A stretch of 64,000 nt of DNA from Eledone cirrhosa (lineage: Eukaryota). This document shows, in pieces, positions 44,357-61,893 of the stretch. The translations under genes and the position numbers were made by a program. Below the pieces are notes generated by a model. It was given only the letters and a program-made list of their open reading frames with translations. It was not told where the DNA came from and did no database searches. Where the stretch lies: assembly GCA_964016885.1 (NCBI GenBank), contig OZ024743.1, forward strand, positions 253,022,001 to 253,086,000. Reading direction: 5' to 3'. The first letter of the stretch is position 1. Each line of letters starts with the position of its first letter.

Positions 44357-44405
44357 TATATATATACTATATATATATATACTATATATATATACTATAT
44401 ATATA

Positions 44406-44484
<79 letters not shown>

Positions 44485-44485
<1 letters not shown>

Positions 44486-45346
44486 GAGGTGTGTCAGAAA
44501 AGTTCCAGGACTGATGTCACAAAAGATTTATTTCAAACCCAAACTTCACACTAAGAATTTTCTCCTGGAGTATGTAATTGTAATCTTAGCTCTCTGCAGC
44601 GATCAAACTTTTTTCTTCATAATTTTATATACATGTCCTCTGTTTCAGGTCGTCAAGCAATGAGCACAGGGCAACGAACATACTTGAAAACTCCGTTAGA
44701 AGCACTGGGATTGCTGCAGCAAGTGTATTTAGATGAGACGATGTCACGCTCGCGTGTTTTTGAGTGGTGCAAGAGGTTTAAAGAAGGAAGCGAGGACTTG
44801 GAAGATGACCACAGGAGCGGAAGGCCCTTAATAACGAGGACTGAGGTCAACGTTGAGCGCATCAGGCAGATGGTGCGTAGCGATCGTCGGCTGACTGTTC
44901 GACTGATGGCAAATGAGCGGGGCATGAATCGGGACAGTGTCTGGAAGATTCTCACTGAACATTTGGACATGCGGAAAGTGTGCGCGAAGATGGTGCCAAC
45001 ACTGCTGAACGATGATATGCAAGTGTGACAGGACATCCTCGAGCGTCTTGAAACCGAACCAGACTTGCTAGGGACAGTCATCACCGGTGATGAGTCATGG
45101 ATCTTCGAGTACGACCCAGAGAGGACCCGTTTTGAAGACGTGGACGACATCAAAAAGGCCGTGACGACGGACCTGCGGAGGATCCCGGAAGAATCCTTCC
45201 AGAAGTGCATGCAAGCCTGGCAGAAAATGATGGAAAAGTGCATTAGACTCATTGATTACTTTGAAAGAGAAAACTCTTACTGTGAAGTTTGGGTTTGAAA
45301 TAAATCTTTTGGGACATCTGTCTTGGAAATTTTCTGACACACCTAG
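44485..45346 (+). mobile_element. Internally deleted mariner-family DNA transposon with ~66-bp TIRs, inserted at TA
   Basis: TIR CGAGGTGTGTCAGAAAA...CAAACTTCACA and its inverse at 45281-45346. Transposase remnants SRSRVFEWCKRFKEG, RSGRP, KVCAKMVP and TGDESWIFEYDPE. The catalytic middle is deleted and a stop lies at 45026. Confidence 0.95.
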
Positions 45347-45639
45347 TATATATATTTAATTATTATAACATAACAGGAGGCTGGACTGGTGTAATTACTT
45401 AACAGGTTTATTATAATATGATCATTTCAATGACCAGGTTCATTATGAATCCGGTGACATATCAGGTATTCGAAATGTAACAAACGAATATAATAGACAA
45501 AATCCATGGGGCTGAAAATCAGAGACATGAGGGCGACTGAAGATTTAGCAGCTTCTACCCCGGTCGGCCGGGAGATAGATATATATGCGCGCGTGTGTAT
45601 GTGGATGTGTGAGTGCTTGCGCACTTGTGCACCTGCGTT

Positions 45640-45905
45640 TTGAACATCCGGTGGTTCCAGCGATGACATTTCTGGTTGTTTCATTAACGTAGCAGCCTGC
45701 TCGTGAAATTACCACACACATAGCTGAGTATTCCACAGATGCATATACCTTTAATGCAGCTCTCAGGGAGACTCGGTGTTACTCACTGACCAAACTGGAG
45801 CAACGTGAAATAAAATGTCTTATTCAGGGACAAAATATGCCACAATGAATCGAACTCATAATTTATAATCGTGGTCTCAACGCCCTAAGCACTAAACAAC
45901 CAACC
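45640..45905 (-). mobile_element. tRNA-derived SINE, family B; relatives at ~48925-49160, ~50870-51155 and ~30290-30590
   Basis: Shared GGAGCAACGTGAAAT.AA.TGT.TT..TCA.G.ACA.AA...GAATCGA.C.CA (reverse B-box). Confidence 0.7.
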
Positions 45906-47286
45906 CTTACTTACACACACACATATTGTTAAGTGATAGTGCTGGTTCCAAGGCCATGACAAAAAGCACCCAATCTACCCTCTATTGTGGTAGTGCCAGA
46001 GTCACGAAAAATGTCCCCAAATTGATAGGCATTAGGAAGGTCATCCATCTGTAGAAACCAAGCCCAAAATGAAGAGGATGTCAGTCTAGCTTTAGTATGT
46101 GATCGTCTAACGCAAGCTATCATGGAAAATAGACGTTTAATGGTAATAATGTATCAAATTATCACAAGGTAACGACAAAGCCGTCTTAACAAAATACTTT
46201 CGTAATGACAATGTCAGTGCAGTTACAGCTACAGTTTTAGTTGTAGTTCAACACGTTTTACTCCGGATATTTGATACAAAACTCCACATGTTAAAATGTT
46301 TATACTTTTACTAAATCCTTCCATCATGATTTTATTAAAGAATCATTAAAGTAATGTTTCAAATATCAGCTTACTATTGAATGAGGCGCAGTTATTTTGT
46401 TAAATTCCTTCAAATATTTGATTATTTTCAAAATTGATTGTGACATATAGGCAATGTATTTCATTAGAAATACGGTAACGAGAGGATTATGTTACGTTGC
46501 CCACATCAGCTTAATAATGTGAAAATGTTCTACAATATTACGAAACTCTTCAAGATTCGTGATTACATTCAAAATTATTTAAAATTCACAGAGAGTGAAT
46601 ATTATTAAAATTATGGCTACAAAGATGATAAGGGGTATATTTATCTCAAAATTCCGTCATAATTTTACGTGAGAAACTTTGTTATGTTATATTTCGAAAC
46701 ATCAGATAAATAATGAGAAATATAGCTATATCATTAAATCCTTCTAAATTCCTAAATTTATTTACAAAATTATTTGAAAATCATGGGCAATGTATATTAT
46801 TAGAAATGTGGTAAAGAACGAGTTAGACATTCCCAAAATACAAAATGTCTTCTTCATAAAAGACTGTGTGGTGACATTCACTTCGAAATGATATAAAGTT
46901 CGTTTTTATCAAATAATCATTAGAAAAGCAAAAATAGAGAGGCGGCAGAATCAATCACCACATGCAAGCATTCATTAGTATCGTTTCATACACTTTATGC
47001 AGATTTAAACAGAAACCCTGCAACAAAATTTTATAAATTCCTTCTGTATAATGTTGGTTATTCAACACTAACTGATGACAGCCAAATCGGAAATAGAGCC
47101 GGATAATTGCAGAAACAAGTGAATTAATTATAAGCTGAAATTCTCAAATGATGTTCATAATTCAGAGCGATGATGGATTGATGGATGGTAGAATTCCTTC
47201 CAGAAGACAGAGAATGGTGTATTGCGTTATGTCATGCTTATGTATATATATATATAATAGATATATATGATATATATGTATGTATG

Positions 47287-47919
<633 letters not shown>

Positions 47920-47926
47920 TTATACA

Positions 47927-47990
<64 letters not shown>

Positions 47991-48014
47991 TGTATATATG
48001 TATATTTATATATA

Positions 48015-48101
<87 letters not shown>

Positions 48102-48207
48102 TTACATATCTATATATATATATACATATATATATGTATATACATGTATATGTATATATATTTATATATATATATACATACATATATATATATATTTATA
48201 TATATAT

Positions 48208-48258
<51 letters not shown>

Positions 48259-48357
48259 TGTATGTATATATATATATATATGTATGTATATATATATATA
48301 AATATATATATATCAATAAGTATATATATACATGTATATATGTATATAGATAGGTAC

Positions 48358-48420
<63 letters not shown>

Positions 48421-48541
48421 CATGTATATATACATATATGAATGTATATATGTATAAATATAGATATGTACGTATATATATATATACATATATATATATA
48501 TACATATATACATGTATATATGTATATATATAGATATGTAC

Positions 48542-48634
<93 letters not shown>

Positions 48635-49169
48635 CGTGTGTATGCGTGTGCGCATGTGTGTTTCTTTTTCTTTCGTGGAATTGTTTTCTGCACATTTGAT
48701 TTCAAAATTTACGTCCAATAGTGTATGAGGGATAAATTTATAAAGTTTATAAAACAATTATTTTGACAGACATACACTAATACATTAGAACTATGCTGTT
48801 CCCCAACTTCTCTTTATGTAACATTCTATCTATCTATCTCTCGCTCTCTCTTCTTCTCGCTTTCTCTCCCCCCCCCCCCCATCTCTCTCCCTCGCTCTTT
48901 ATATATTCTAAAAGTCTAAAGTCTGTCTTAAGCCATAAGTCTCATTTGGCCTGTGCTTATCCCGGTTTCATGGTGTGAAGGACGCCATTCCATCGCAGGG
49001 TCAAACATCCAGCTATTGCTGGTACTCATTTTCAGCTGAGTATAATGGAGCAACGTGAAATGAAGTGTTTTGCTCAAGAACACAACACGCAACCCAGGAA
49101 TCGAGCCCACGACATTATGATCGTCAGTTCAACACACTTACCACAAGGCCACGTGCATCCACTATATAT

Positions 49170-49324
<155 letters not shown>

Positions 49325-49642
49325 AAAGTTCTATTTAATTTATTGGGATACAACAAGCAAATATTTTTATAACTGATATAAAGCACTCGACAAGTATTTG
49401 GAGTAAATATACGATATTAATAAATGGAAACTATATTTATAAAACCATATCTATTTTATTATACATATTTCTGTAACGGTTGCATTTTGAAAGGGTACGT
49501 CAATGTTTATTTATAAAATTGGTATATATTGTATTTTGTCTGATGAAGGCATACCATAATTTAACATGGTATCCTTGAAATATGTATAATAAAATAGATA
49601 TGGTTTTATAAATATAGTTTCCATTTGTTAATATCGTATATA
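49325..49642. mobile_element. Foldback element of the same family as 47541-47852, with ~65-bp arms and a minus-strand tail, in (TA)n
   Basis: Arms 49407-49471 and 49577-49641 are near-perfect; AGCACTC at 49382. Confidence 0.82.
49532..49596 (+). ncRNA. Type I hammerhead ribozyme with intact core
   Basis: TATTTTGT-CTGATGA-AGGCATACCAT(8 nt)ATGGTATCCTT-GAAA-TATGTA-TA-ATAAAATA; predicted cleavage after 49588. Confidence 0.88.
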
Positions 49643-49684
49643 TATATATTTCGTTTCTGAATTTATATACATATATGTATGTAT

Positions 49685-49832
<148 letters not shown>

Positions 49833-50311
49833 GAAAGTATAGAAAATATTGTGAGCGTGAAGCTAACAGTATTTCATAAAATATAAGTGTCTATAACGTC
49901 AAAATGGAAAATAATTAACGTAAGATGTGGATATATGTATATTTATTACGCACACACATACATAACCAACGACCCAAACATGTCATGCTGTCAAAAATAA
50001 AGTTGTATCAAGCAGTTAAATGATCTCCAAATGTTGTCTAATAAATACTAAAAACGTATCTGTAGTCCTTATATTTGGGTTGAGTAACTTTCCTAGTTTA
50101 CAAACATTACAGCAAAATACAATGTATCATTGCTTATATAGAGCATTCCAGCAAATTGTTGACACGTTTGGCTTGAATGCCTTAAGTTGTATCTCAATGA
50201 AAACCTTAAGGTACCTCATCAATTGACTGCTGTGTTTACTCCACAGGATAAATCTTCAAAAGATCTTGTCACCAAACATATGGAGGTTTAACAGCGGTTC
50301 ATCATAATGGC

Positions 50312-50585
50312 AAATCTCCACCCCTATTGTGTCATAACAAAATGCTGTGTCTATATTCTGTTGTTTTTTGGTGGGGTGAGGGGACTATATTTCTCACCCC
50401 AGTCAGTCCGATTTCCGAATCTGGAGAGCATTAATGGTGAATTCCCGCCTCCGCTTTGTGTCATAACAAAATACACTGATATCTTCTACCTTCTATCTTC
50501 TGTTTTGTGAGGAAACTCTAATTCCCGCCTCTTTTTTCCGTCATAACTAAATGATATACCTTCTGTATTCTGTTTTATGAGGGTA
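50312..50585 (+). repeat. Three degenerate tandem units of 80-125 bp
   Basis: T(C)CC.CC.C...TGTGTCATAAC.AAAT...TTCTGTT recurs at ~50315, ~50441 and ~50521. Confidence 0.6.
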
Positions 50586-51606
50586 TGGATGATAGGACCT
50601 ATGTTTATCCTTGCTCCAAATCCCAAACCATGTAGAGCGTAAACTATATTTTCAGTTAGGAAAAACTGATAAATATTATATGATTTCAGAATCAGTTCTG
50701 CTCAATGTACGATAATATGTCTATTATACATTCCAGGTTTACATCTACAATTTCTCCTTAACCTTTACATAAGATTCCATTCATTCATCCATATTTGCAT
50801 CTGTCTATGTATACGTGGATATAAATAAATAAATAAATATGTGTGTGTTGGACTGCTGTCAGATCCGATGTCGTGTATTCCAGGTATGCAAACAACGGAA
50901 CAGACTGCGCGTGAATTTAAAGTAGTTGAACATTCCAGAGACACGTGTATCCTTAACGGTGTTCTCAAGGAGATTCAGTATGACAGTGTCACAATACTTT
51001 CCGTTTTAATTACAAGTACACATCCTTTTTGCCAACTAAAAAGACTGAGCAATGTGTGATAAAGTGTCTTGCTCAAGGATAAAACATGCTGCCAAGATCG
51101 AAGCCACAAACACAAGATCTTGAGCCAAGCAGACTATCAACTAGTTTAGCCACAGGCATGGAGAATGTAAATAAGGAAAAACAACAGAAGCAGAACAACA
51201 TAGTACAATGATTATATATAGTTTAACGCTTCATATATAGTAAGGCAAGAGTCGTAACATTTCTGAGTTAGTCCTTTATCGGAAAATATAATGAGAGATA
51301 GAAGAAATTGGAAAATAGACGAGTGCAAGAAAAGAAAGAAACGGGAATAAATCTTTTTACTCAGGAGGAAAACATGTATATAGCCATTAGAATTCTTCTG
51401 ACAAGATTCAGTTCTTTCTACACGAAACCTATACACACACACACACATCTCAGCACAAACTTACATGAATATACATTCAACCATATATATTATGTACATC
51501 AACAAACACACCCAATACAGTGATAGTCTCCATCTCGTCTGGCCTTTCATATACACACACACACAAACACACACATATATATATATATACAAACATAGAC
51601 ACACAT

Positions 51607-51756
<150 letters not shown>

Positions 51757-52527
51757 GCACATGCATACACAAACCATAATTCACATTTAGAAAGAAATTA
51801 TAAAAGGAACCCGAAACAGATAAAGACAGTCTTGCGATTATTTTTTATGTACTTCAAATCTTCAGAAACGGCTTGGCATTGGTTAATTATGTGTATCTCT
51901 TGGAAGAATTTGTTTCGTTTTTGTGTTTCTTTTCTGCTTCTCTGTTCTCTCAGAGACAAGAAAAAATAATGGTTTCTCACAGATAAGCATCAGTAGGCCA
52001 TGCAACAGGGCTCTCACACTCCCGTTTTAGTGCTTACTGGCCACTTATCATAATAGAAGCAAGAGAAATGATGATGATGATGATGATGGTTGTGGTGATA
52101 ATAAGAATACTTTATTTTCCCTTTCACCACGTTAATCTTCAAACATTCTTTTTTTTAATTTCAACCAGATGTTAGTGTATACATCCCAGCCGAAACTTCG
52201 TTGAAAACACATTACTGACTTTTTTTTTTTTTTTTATATTTCTAATATTTCTAGATTGTATTTATTTATATGTATCTTTATCACTACAGTTCTTTTGAAA
52301 TTGTAATGTTCTTGGTGTTCTAGTTAACATCTTCTTTGCATGATTATATACTATAGTGCATTTTTATCTTTTTAAAAAAAATATTTGTGTATCTCAGTTT
52401 TCACTAACTTTTGTTCAATTCCTTAATTTGTCATTTGTCATTATGTATATTATATACATTACATTGGCTAAAATATTTTATTCATTATAGTTTATAGATT
52501 CACGAACACACACACACGCACACACAC

Positions 52528-52560
<33 letters not shown>

Positions 52561-52756
52561 TTCATATATGTGTGTGTGTGTGTGACAGCATCATCATCAC
52601 TATTTTATGTCCGATGAGGTGGGTGGGCTGGATATGTTGTTCGGACAGGTCAGAAGATTACGTCTTGCACATACGCTTCAATTTAGCGTCGACTCTATGA
52701 TACGTTCAATTGTGTCACTAACACTAGATTGATGACTGTACCCCCAGTTGGGAGTG

Positions 52757-52795
<39 letters not shown>

Positions 52796-54346
52796 AGTAA
52801 ATGACTGATACGTTTTTTAAAATCCAATACAATGTGGTAGACAATTTGAAGGGAAAATGATGGTACATGAAACAAAACGAAACAAAGTAAAGTAATGTTT
52901 TACCCAGTGTATTTTGACATTATATAGTGGAGCTATTATCTACTTTTCAGATGCGAAGCTGTGATAGTCCAAGATAAAACGAATGTCTGATTTGAGCTTT
53001 CTTCTGTAACTGGTCCTATGTATTGGAATACTGTATGTGCATGCTCGGAGTTGCCTTTTGGACCTATTATTTATTTCTGGCTCCAATCGGCTAATTAAAT
53101 TTAAAGCAAAGATTTGATTATTCTGATTTTTCATACCTGTCGGTATTTACCCATATCAAACTCCTGTTGACAGGTCTGGACTAATTTGGCTTGATACAGG
53201 TGATTACCAATTCTTCGTCAAAAAATTGAATTGTTCTAAATGTTATTTCCCATTGGTAAACAACGGATAGAACGAAGATACCAATTAATAACTTGCAAGG
53301 AAGAACCTTTGAATGCATATGAACTAGTGGTAATGGTGTTGGATACATGATAGTAAGTCTGGGAATTTAATTCCTTAACCGAGCAATACATTGCTTTCCA
53401 TGAAAGGACTGGGTTTCCTATCAATAAAACAACAAATAAACCTCATATAAAATCAAATATTGCAAAAGGCCAGCTAAATTTTACATAGGTGTGAGCTGTA
53501 ACGACAACATAAGACTGGAGTTCCTATCATTAAGCCGCTGAGAAACCTCCTGTGAGATTGCATATCATAGGGAGCCAAATAAAACTTATAGAGTTGTGAG
53601 CTGTAAATTTCATTTCAGTTTTCATTTCAAAGAACAACACCAATTCTTTATCCTTGACCATGAACACAAAATTATTTTTCTTAGAGAAGCACACATTCTT
53701 TCATATTTGTTTGTTCTTGTGAACAATGCAATTGATGTTGATGTTGAAATATTTATCCATTTCTCATTGATATTTGGTGCAATAGATGTGAGTGATGTTA
53801 GCTTGTTTTATTTTGTGAAATAAACCGTGTTGTAATGGCTTCAAATTACCTGATGCTTTTGCAACACCATTATATTATGTAGGGTCCATGCAATTGTTCC
53901 CGAACTCATAATGGAGACAGAGGGGCGCAATCATGATATACGGCAGTGTATCGTAGGTACTAAAACATGGCGAAGAGCATTCCATTTCAAATACGAATAC
54001 AGGCGAAGTTTTCTATCGAGTGAAAGAGACAGGGAAAAAGAAAGAGAAGGGTTCAAACCCTGTACAGAACAGTTACTTAATTTAACGATTTTGAAGGAAT
54101 AAAAGGCAAAGTTAACATTAGTGGATTTTGAACGCAGAGCGACGGAACGATAACGGCATAACATTTTAATCGAACTTCTGACGACGTAACTACCAGTGGA
54201 GAGAGTGAGAGAGGAGGAGAGAATGGGTAGGGGAGGAGAGGAGAGTGAGTGAGGGGGATGGAATGAGAGAAACAGAGGGTGAGAACGAAAGTGAAAGACA
54301 AAGAGATATGTAACAACTAAATCCCGTAAAAGATTGAGAGAGAGTG

Positions 54347-54444
54347 AGAAGAAGAAGAAGAAGAAGAAGAAGAAGAAGAAGAAGAAGAAGAAGAAGAAGA
54401 AGAAGAAGAAGAAGAAGAAGAAGAAGAAGAAGAAGAAGAAGAAG
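54347..54444. repeat. (AGA)n microsatellite
   Basis: Directly visible. Confidence 0.95.
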
Positions 54445-54822
54445 CAATATAGAAAGAGGAGAAAAGAAGGAAAAGGAGAAATAAAAGAACTACATACAGG
54501 AAGGAAGCAATAAAAGAAGAAAGACTAAGAAATATAGAAGTGCAGGGAAATAAAAGTTTTGTGATTGTGATGATATGGAGATTGTCGTCTGTATATTTAC
54601 GTCAGACGGAACACATTGCAGAAGCTAGATAAATATCGATATGGTTTGCTCTCCAGTCTAATTCCTAGTTAATACACTATTAGGACAATAGACAAACAGT
54701 GAAGCACCAAGAGACATAGGGAGAGGTAAGAAGAGGGACGGGAGCGAGGAATGGAGAAGGTAAGAGAGAGGGGGTGGAGGGGACAGGTAGAGAAAGAGAA
54801 AGTAAGGTGGAGTGTGCTATAG

Positions 54823-54859
<37 letters not shown>

Positions 54860-54937
54860 AACTCATACACACATATATATATATATATGTGTGTGTCTGT
54901 ATATGTGTATATATATATATATATATGTGTGTATGTA

Positions 54938-54990
<53 letters not shown>

Positions 54991-55013
54991 ACATACACAC
55001 ATATATGTATGTA

Positions 55014-55075
<62 letters not shown>

Positions 55076-55544
55076 CACATATATACATACATATTCATAG
55101 ATGCATATATATTATGTATAGAAAGAGAGAGATGTAGAGCATGAAAGAGAGGGAGAGATTGTTGTAGCGAAAATTATTCAATTGGCTTACAAAATCTCGT
55201 ATTTATTGCTATTTTTTATTTATTTGTTTCTTTTTTCTAGTTTTTCATTGAAGTGAGGGCAACGTGATGTCAATGCCGGTGGATATTACGATGCTTGCCG
55301 AACAACAGATCACAAAAGGTAATTGTTCGCCGAAATCTCTTGTCTGTCGAAAGAAAGAAAAAGAGAAAAAAGAAGGGAATGATTCGCCAATCCGTCGGAG
55401 ATTTCCTCGAATCCTATGTTAAATTCACCATTATATAATGAAAACAGGATTTCTTAGGCCGTGCCGCAGACGCTAAACAAGTTGATCAAACACCCTCGTC
55501 AATCATAATTATGGAGAAATATTTATTCTGTCGATATACAAGAC

Positions 55545-56994
<1,450 letters not shown>

Positions 56995-57037
56995 GTGATG
57001 TTACAGGAGCGAAAACTAGTTTCCCTGTACTTTGCAG

Positions 57038-57139
57038 TTTGAAGTTCTGGATTTTCAATTAGCTAATATTGGCTTTCTTTGTTACCCATACCGGACCAAT
57101 GAAATATATTCATTGAAGCAGGCTCCCGAACCGAGTACG
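57038..57139 (+). other. Candidate internal exon, 102 nt, phase 0-0
   Basis: Acceptor TTCCCTGTACTTTGCAG and donor ACG|GTGAGT. Only frame 0 is open: FEVLDFQLANIGFLCYPYRTNEIYSLKQAPEPST. No family recognised. Confidence 0.3.
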
Positions 57140-59396
57140 GTGAGTCGGCTGTGTGCCACTGTAGACGTTTGACTGTTTGTCCATCATAATTCAATTGGCC
57201 TTTGAAAAGCTTGATGTTTCCGATTTCCTCTCAAAGGCTATACAATATGACACGTATCAATATATTCTAGTGGAATTAATCTACAGCTCCGAACCAATTT
57301 TGTGGTGGTCAAGGATTTTGGTGTGGCTGAACGGCTAAGAAGTTCACTTTGCAATTGTGAAGTTCCAGGTTTGATAACATTGCATGGCTTATTGGGAAAA
57401 TTTCTTTACCAGCTATTCGAGCCGATATAAAATTTATGATTGAGATATGGTACGCAAAAATGATTTGCAAGCCCATCAGATACATTGGACCAGTAATTCA
57501 AATGTCCCGTCCTTTTCATATATTGTATCAAGCTGATTCTATGTGAGAGTTATTCAAAAGTAAACGTGCCTGCAGAATACCCAGTCACTTTCACATTTTT
57601 AAGAATTGGACCTTTAGTTGATCTTACAACGGAAAGCTCATCTCCAAAATCGACAGTAGATTCATTTGAATCGTCATCATCAAATAAGAAACTAGTATCA
57701 TTATTTCTCTCATTGGTAATTTGGATGAAAGGTTTTGAAGTTTTCAAAGTCATTATAATTTCAGGTGGACTGCTTTGTGGTATTCGTTTCGGTTCCCTGC
57801 ACACTGAATGCAAATCCTATTGAGTTTAACTGTCTTTCTTCCTTTCGTAGTCGATAAAAATGAACAAGTCCATTACTGGGGAAGATTATTTCTCTATATC
57901 TCTTTCTTATACACATACATTCACACACGATCCATCTCTCTCGCTCTCTCTTTCTCTTTTCTGCGGAAGAAATTGATTTTGTTCAGACCTAGAGAGTGAT
58001 GGGTTTCGCCGAGCTAAAACGGAGTAGAATAGGTGTTTTTATCCTGACACCAAGACAACCACTTTACAAAGTGGGCTGGAGCTTTTTATTGTGACACCAG
58101 TTCTAACACTTTACAAAATGCACTGGGTGTGTTTTATCGTGGCATGAACACTACCATTTTACAGAGTGGGCTGGGTGGGCTTTATTTATTCCGTGGCATC
58201 AACATACTTCAATAATGTTGTTTGAGAAAATTGATGAATTCAGAGCACTTTGAATTAAATACACGAGTCAACAAAATTTAGAAAAATTATGTTCACATCC
58301 ACCTTTTAGGAACACAGTAAACGGTTATGTTAGTCAATAAACTGATATGACATGACATATTGTTGATTCACAGCTTCCAGAACTAGAGACGGCTTTGTAT
58401 AAATTTATGAAATAACACAATAAAAATGCTTTTTTTATGTCAAGTGTCAGAAATATCGGTATATCAGTATATAAGCATTAAAAGTGCCTTGATACAGTGT
58501 AAAGTATGAAGATAAATATATAAACACTATGATTTATCAGGATTCTTCGTTGAATATTTTGCCAACAATAAATATACCAATAGCGAAAGATGACAGAATA
58601 TTAAAGACTGCTAAAAGTAACAGGAATATTGAGAGCCAACACATTATAATTTTTTTAAAAGATTTCTGCCATATCTTAACATTATGGGAATTTTGTGAGA
58701 ATTATATGATTTAAAGTTTAAGGACTGGTTAAGTCTAAATAATCTTAATTGTTAGATACAGCGAGAACACACCAAGACACGAATATCTTATACATACAAA
58801 TGTATACATACAAATGTACAAATAGAAATGTATACATACAATCTCTCTCACACACCATATAGATGCTGAGAATATGTAATTATTTTCGTTAAAAGTAAAT
58901 ATTGTATATATGATTATTAAGATGTCATTATTAGCGCGAAGCAAGAGGATGGCTATGTGTTTAAGGAGAACTTCACAACCAGGTGATTTCAGTTAAGGAT
59001 AATGCTGTGAATTTTGATTTATTGATAATGGGTGATAGAAGAGGTGGTCGTTTCCACCACAGTCGCGTGTATGCGTATTGACACACCAAAATCATTACAA
59101 TGACATACATTCGCTCCAACCTACATTCAGAAATATCTTTTGTATTGTATCTACGAGCATTTGCGGCTAATACAGTACCTATTATTATTATAGTACCTAT
59201 TATTATATTATTACGACTATATACCTCCTCTCTACTTTTTCATTAATAGGATTTCTTTGTTATCTAATAGTGTTTTATTTGTTACACGACCCCATTTAAC
59301 CTAGCACCACTGTATGATAACAAAGTGTTCTCTCGTCTCTGCTCTTGTAAAAAATAAAGAAATTATTATTATTATTATCATTATTTAAAGAAATCA

Positions 59397-59583
59397 AGGC
59401 GGTGGATTGGCAGTATCGGTAGAGGGTCGGATGCCATGCTTTGAAGCATAGAGTTACCTAACTGTATGATCTGAGTTCAAATCCCGCCGAGGTTAACTTT
59501 GCCTTTCATCCTTCCGGGGTCGATAGAATAAAGTACCAGTAATGCACTGGGTAATTGCTGGCCTTGTGCCAACAGTAGAAACA
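59397..59583 (+). mobile_element. Full-length family A tRNA-derived SINE with target-site duplication
   Basis: GGCGGTGGATTGGCAGTATCGG head, B-box and core. Direct repeat ATTATTTAAAGAAATCA at 59380-59396 and 59584-59600. Confidence 0.95.
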
Positions 59584-59724
59584 ATTATTTAAAGAAATCA
59601 TTATTATTTTATTGATTTGTGTCTCGACACAACGTCAGAAATCGCTCCGTACGTTTTTTTTTTAAATTTCACACTGTTATTTAAAACGTCAAGTAGCCTT
59701 AATAGGAACATCACACCATTTACT

Positions 59725-60290
59725 GTTAGCGTTGGACAGGAACGGTATCTTGGACGCACGCTGGGACTGTGGGGGAGTAGCAGCTAGTAGCAAGGGGTGC
59801 AAAAGTCTCAAGAACCTGATCAGGCTGATCCAACTCTCTGACAGATACCGACTAGATTTTCAGAATGCTCTACTGTGGACATATATCAACCACATAAGGT
59901 CATCTAGTTTGTAGATAGTTATGTTTTTCATTAGGTCAGCAGATAAGGATAGCATAGTGTGTCCACATGTTCAAAAGGTCGCCTATTCAGATTACAAATG
60001 GGTGATCTGCATGATCGACCTAGATCGAACATGTAGACAGGGACACGGTTACTGGAAGCTTAATGCGTTGTTTCCGGTGAACAAATCCTGCCGAGACTAG
60101 GTTCACACTTTAGTTAAGCATAAGTTGACAGGAGAAATCAACAACAGCTGGTGAGGTGCTTTCAAGAGATAGATTAGAGTAGAACCAATAGCCCTTAGTA
60201 AAATAGCAGCAATAGAAACAAATAGAAAGGCTGGTGTGTTAGTAGGTACATTAGAAGAGGCGATTAGAAGTGGCAAAAATAGTAACAATT
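59725..60290 (+). pseudogene. Fragment of L1/Tx1-like LINE ORF2 (end of APE domain and linker)
   Basis: Peptides LSDRYR..WTY, YSDYK (SDH equivalent) and GYWKLNA, with several stops. Confidence 0.7.
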
Positions 60291-60851
60291 TTTTTGTGAG
60301 ATTTCTCAACGTGTGACTTTCCAAATCTCCCCTCTATTGTGAAATTTTCATTTCATTAAACTTTTGTTGTTTTCTCTTAAAGCCTTTTTACACGAACTAA
60401 CCTACATTTTACTGCCTCGTATCGTATTTAATGTTGCTTTAGTGTCAACTCTGTATGGCTAATAAGGAAATCATTATTATTATTAACTTTTCTCCTAAAC
60501 ATCTTCCTTCTCCTGTTCTTCTGTCTGTGCTATTTAGACACGGAGAAACAGACATATAATGTCCACGATGATTCCTTTTGATCATCGCAGTAAAACAGGA
60601 AAAAAAAAAAAAAAAAGAAGTCTTAATAGCCAAGTATGTCTTTTGTGACCTGGAGATTTACTACTGAATTCTTACATAATGCATTCTTAATTAGGTTCTA
60701 TTCCATCATCTTTAGACCTAAAGTATTGGATAATTAGCTCGACGGCAAAAACCGAGATTCAAATTAAGAAATAATTAAAAAAAATCCCAATAAAATTGAT
60801 ATAAAACGTAAGAACTGACAAGTAAAAAAGTATAATAATAATAATAATGAC

Positions 60852-60902
<51 letters not shown>

Positions 60903-61893
60903 CAATGGGAGAGAATAGCGGCGGTAGCGATACTGAGACAGTGGTGGTGGTGATGTCGATACTGAGGCAGTGGTGGTGGTGGTGATGTGGTCGTATTACT
61001 GTAGTGATGGTGGTGTTGTAGCGGTGGTAGCAATGAAGGAGTGGTGGCGGCGGTGATGGGATAGTGGTAGTAATGATGGATGGGCGGCGTTGTCGTTACT
61101 GATGTCTGTTCGGTGAATCTATGGGGTTAAAAATTTTGTTAAAACTTGGGACAATAATAATAGTATTTATTATTATCATTATTATGTTGAGATTGGTTGT
61201 GGTGGTGAAATTGCCGTTATCTGGCTGTTGTGTTTAGTGTACACAGAGATGTGATGGGGTAGGCGGTGTTGGTGAGATTGGTGTTGTTTGGCTGTTCTAT
61301 ATAGTGTAGACAGAGGAGGGGGGAGGGTTCTTCTTCTTCCATTGAGAGCCATTTTCTTTTTTGAATATACAATGTACAATACAAAGTTGAATATTTGAAT
61401 ATTTGAGCCTTATAACAATATATTTTGGGTCCGAATTTTTTGGGGGCTCAAGCCGGATGCTTTACGTAGCATTTCTACTAAGAGTTGTTATTTCACAAAT
61501 GATTTAAATATGTTAAAAATTCAAAACTTACGGGAGCGATTTCTGACCTTCTACCACCTCGTACGTCTTCTTCCCTCATGCTAGTTGCTGCCACCACATT
61601 ATAGAGTTCCTACTAAAAAAGAGGAAGGCATCAAAATATATAGATAGACTCAAAAGAAAAAAGAAAAAACTAACATCAAAACCAAAGCAGCACAGCAACA
61701 ACAGCAAAAAAAGAGAAAAACAAAAACAAAAAAAACGTAAAGAAAATAAGAATGAAGGGAGAAACAAGCGGACGGACAGAGAAGAGAAGGCAAAAACTAA
61801 GTCAGACATTTGAACACTACATTACAATGAAACTTATGCTTATTCATTTTTGTTTTTTTTTCTGCCTGTGTGTTTGTTTGTTTATTTGTGTTC

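Noticed and set aside
47070-47130. CTGATGA...GAAAC hammerhead candidate
   Set aside because: Stems I and III and the NUH site could not be formed convincingly.
52940-53424. Possible exon or small secreted peptide in unique sequence
   Set aside because: Every frame has early stops, no motif is recognisable, and splice-like signals occur on both strands.
59397-59490. tRNA gene
   Set aside because: The A- and B-boxes are SINE heads with no cloverleaf, followed by SINE core, tail and TSD.
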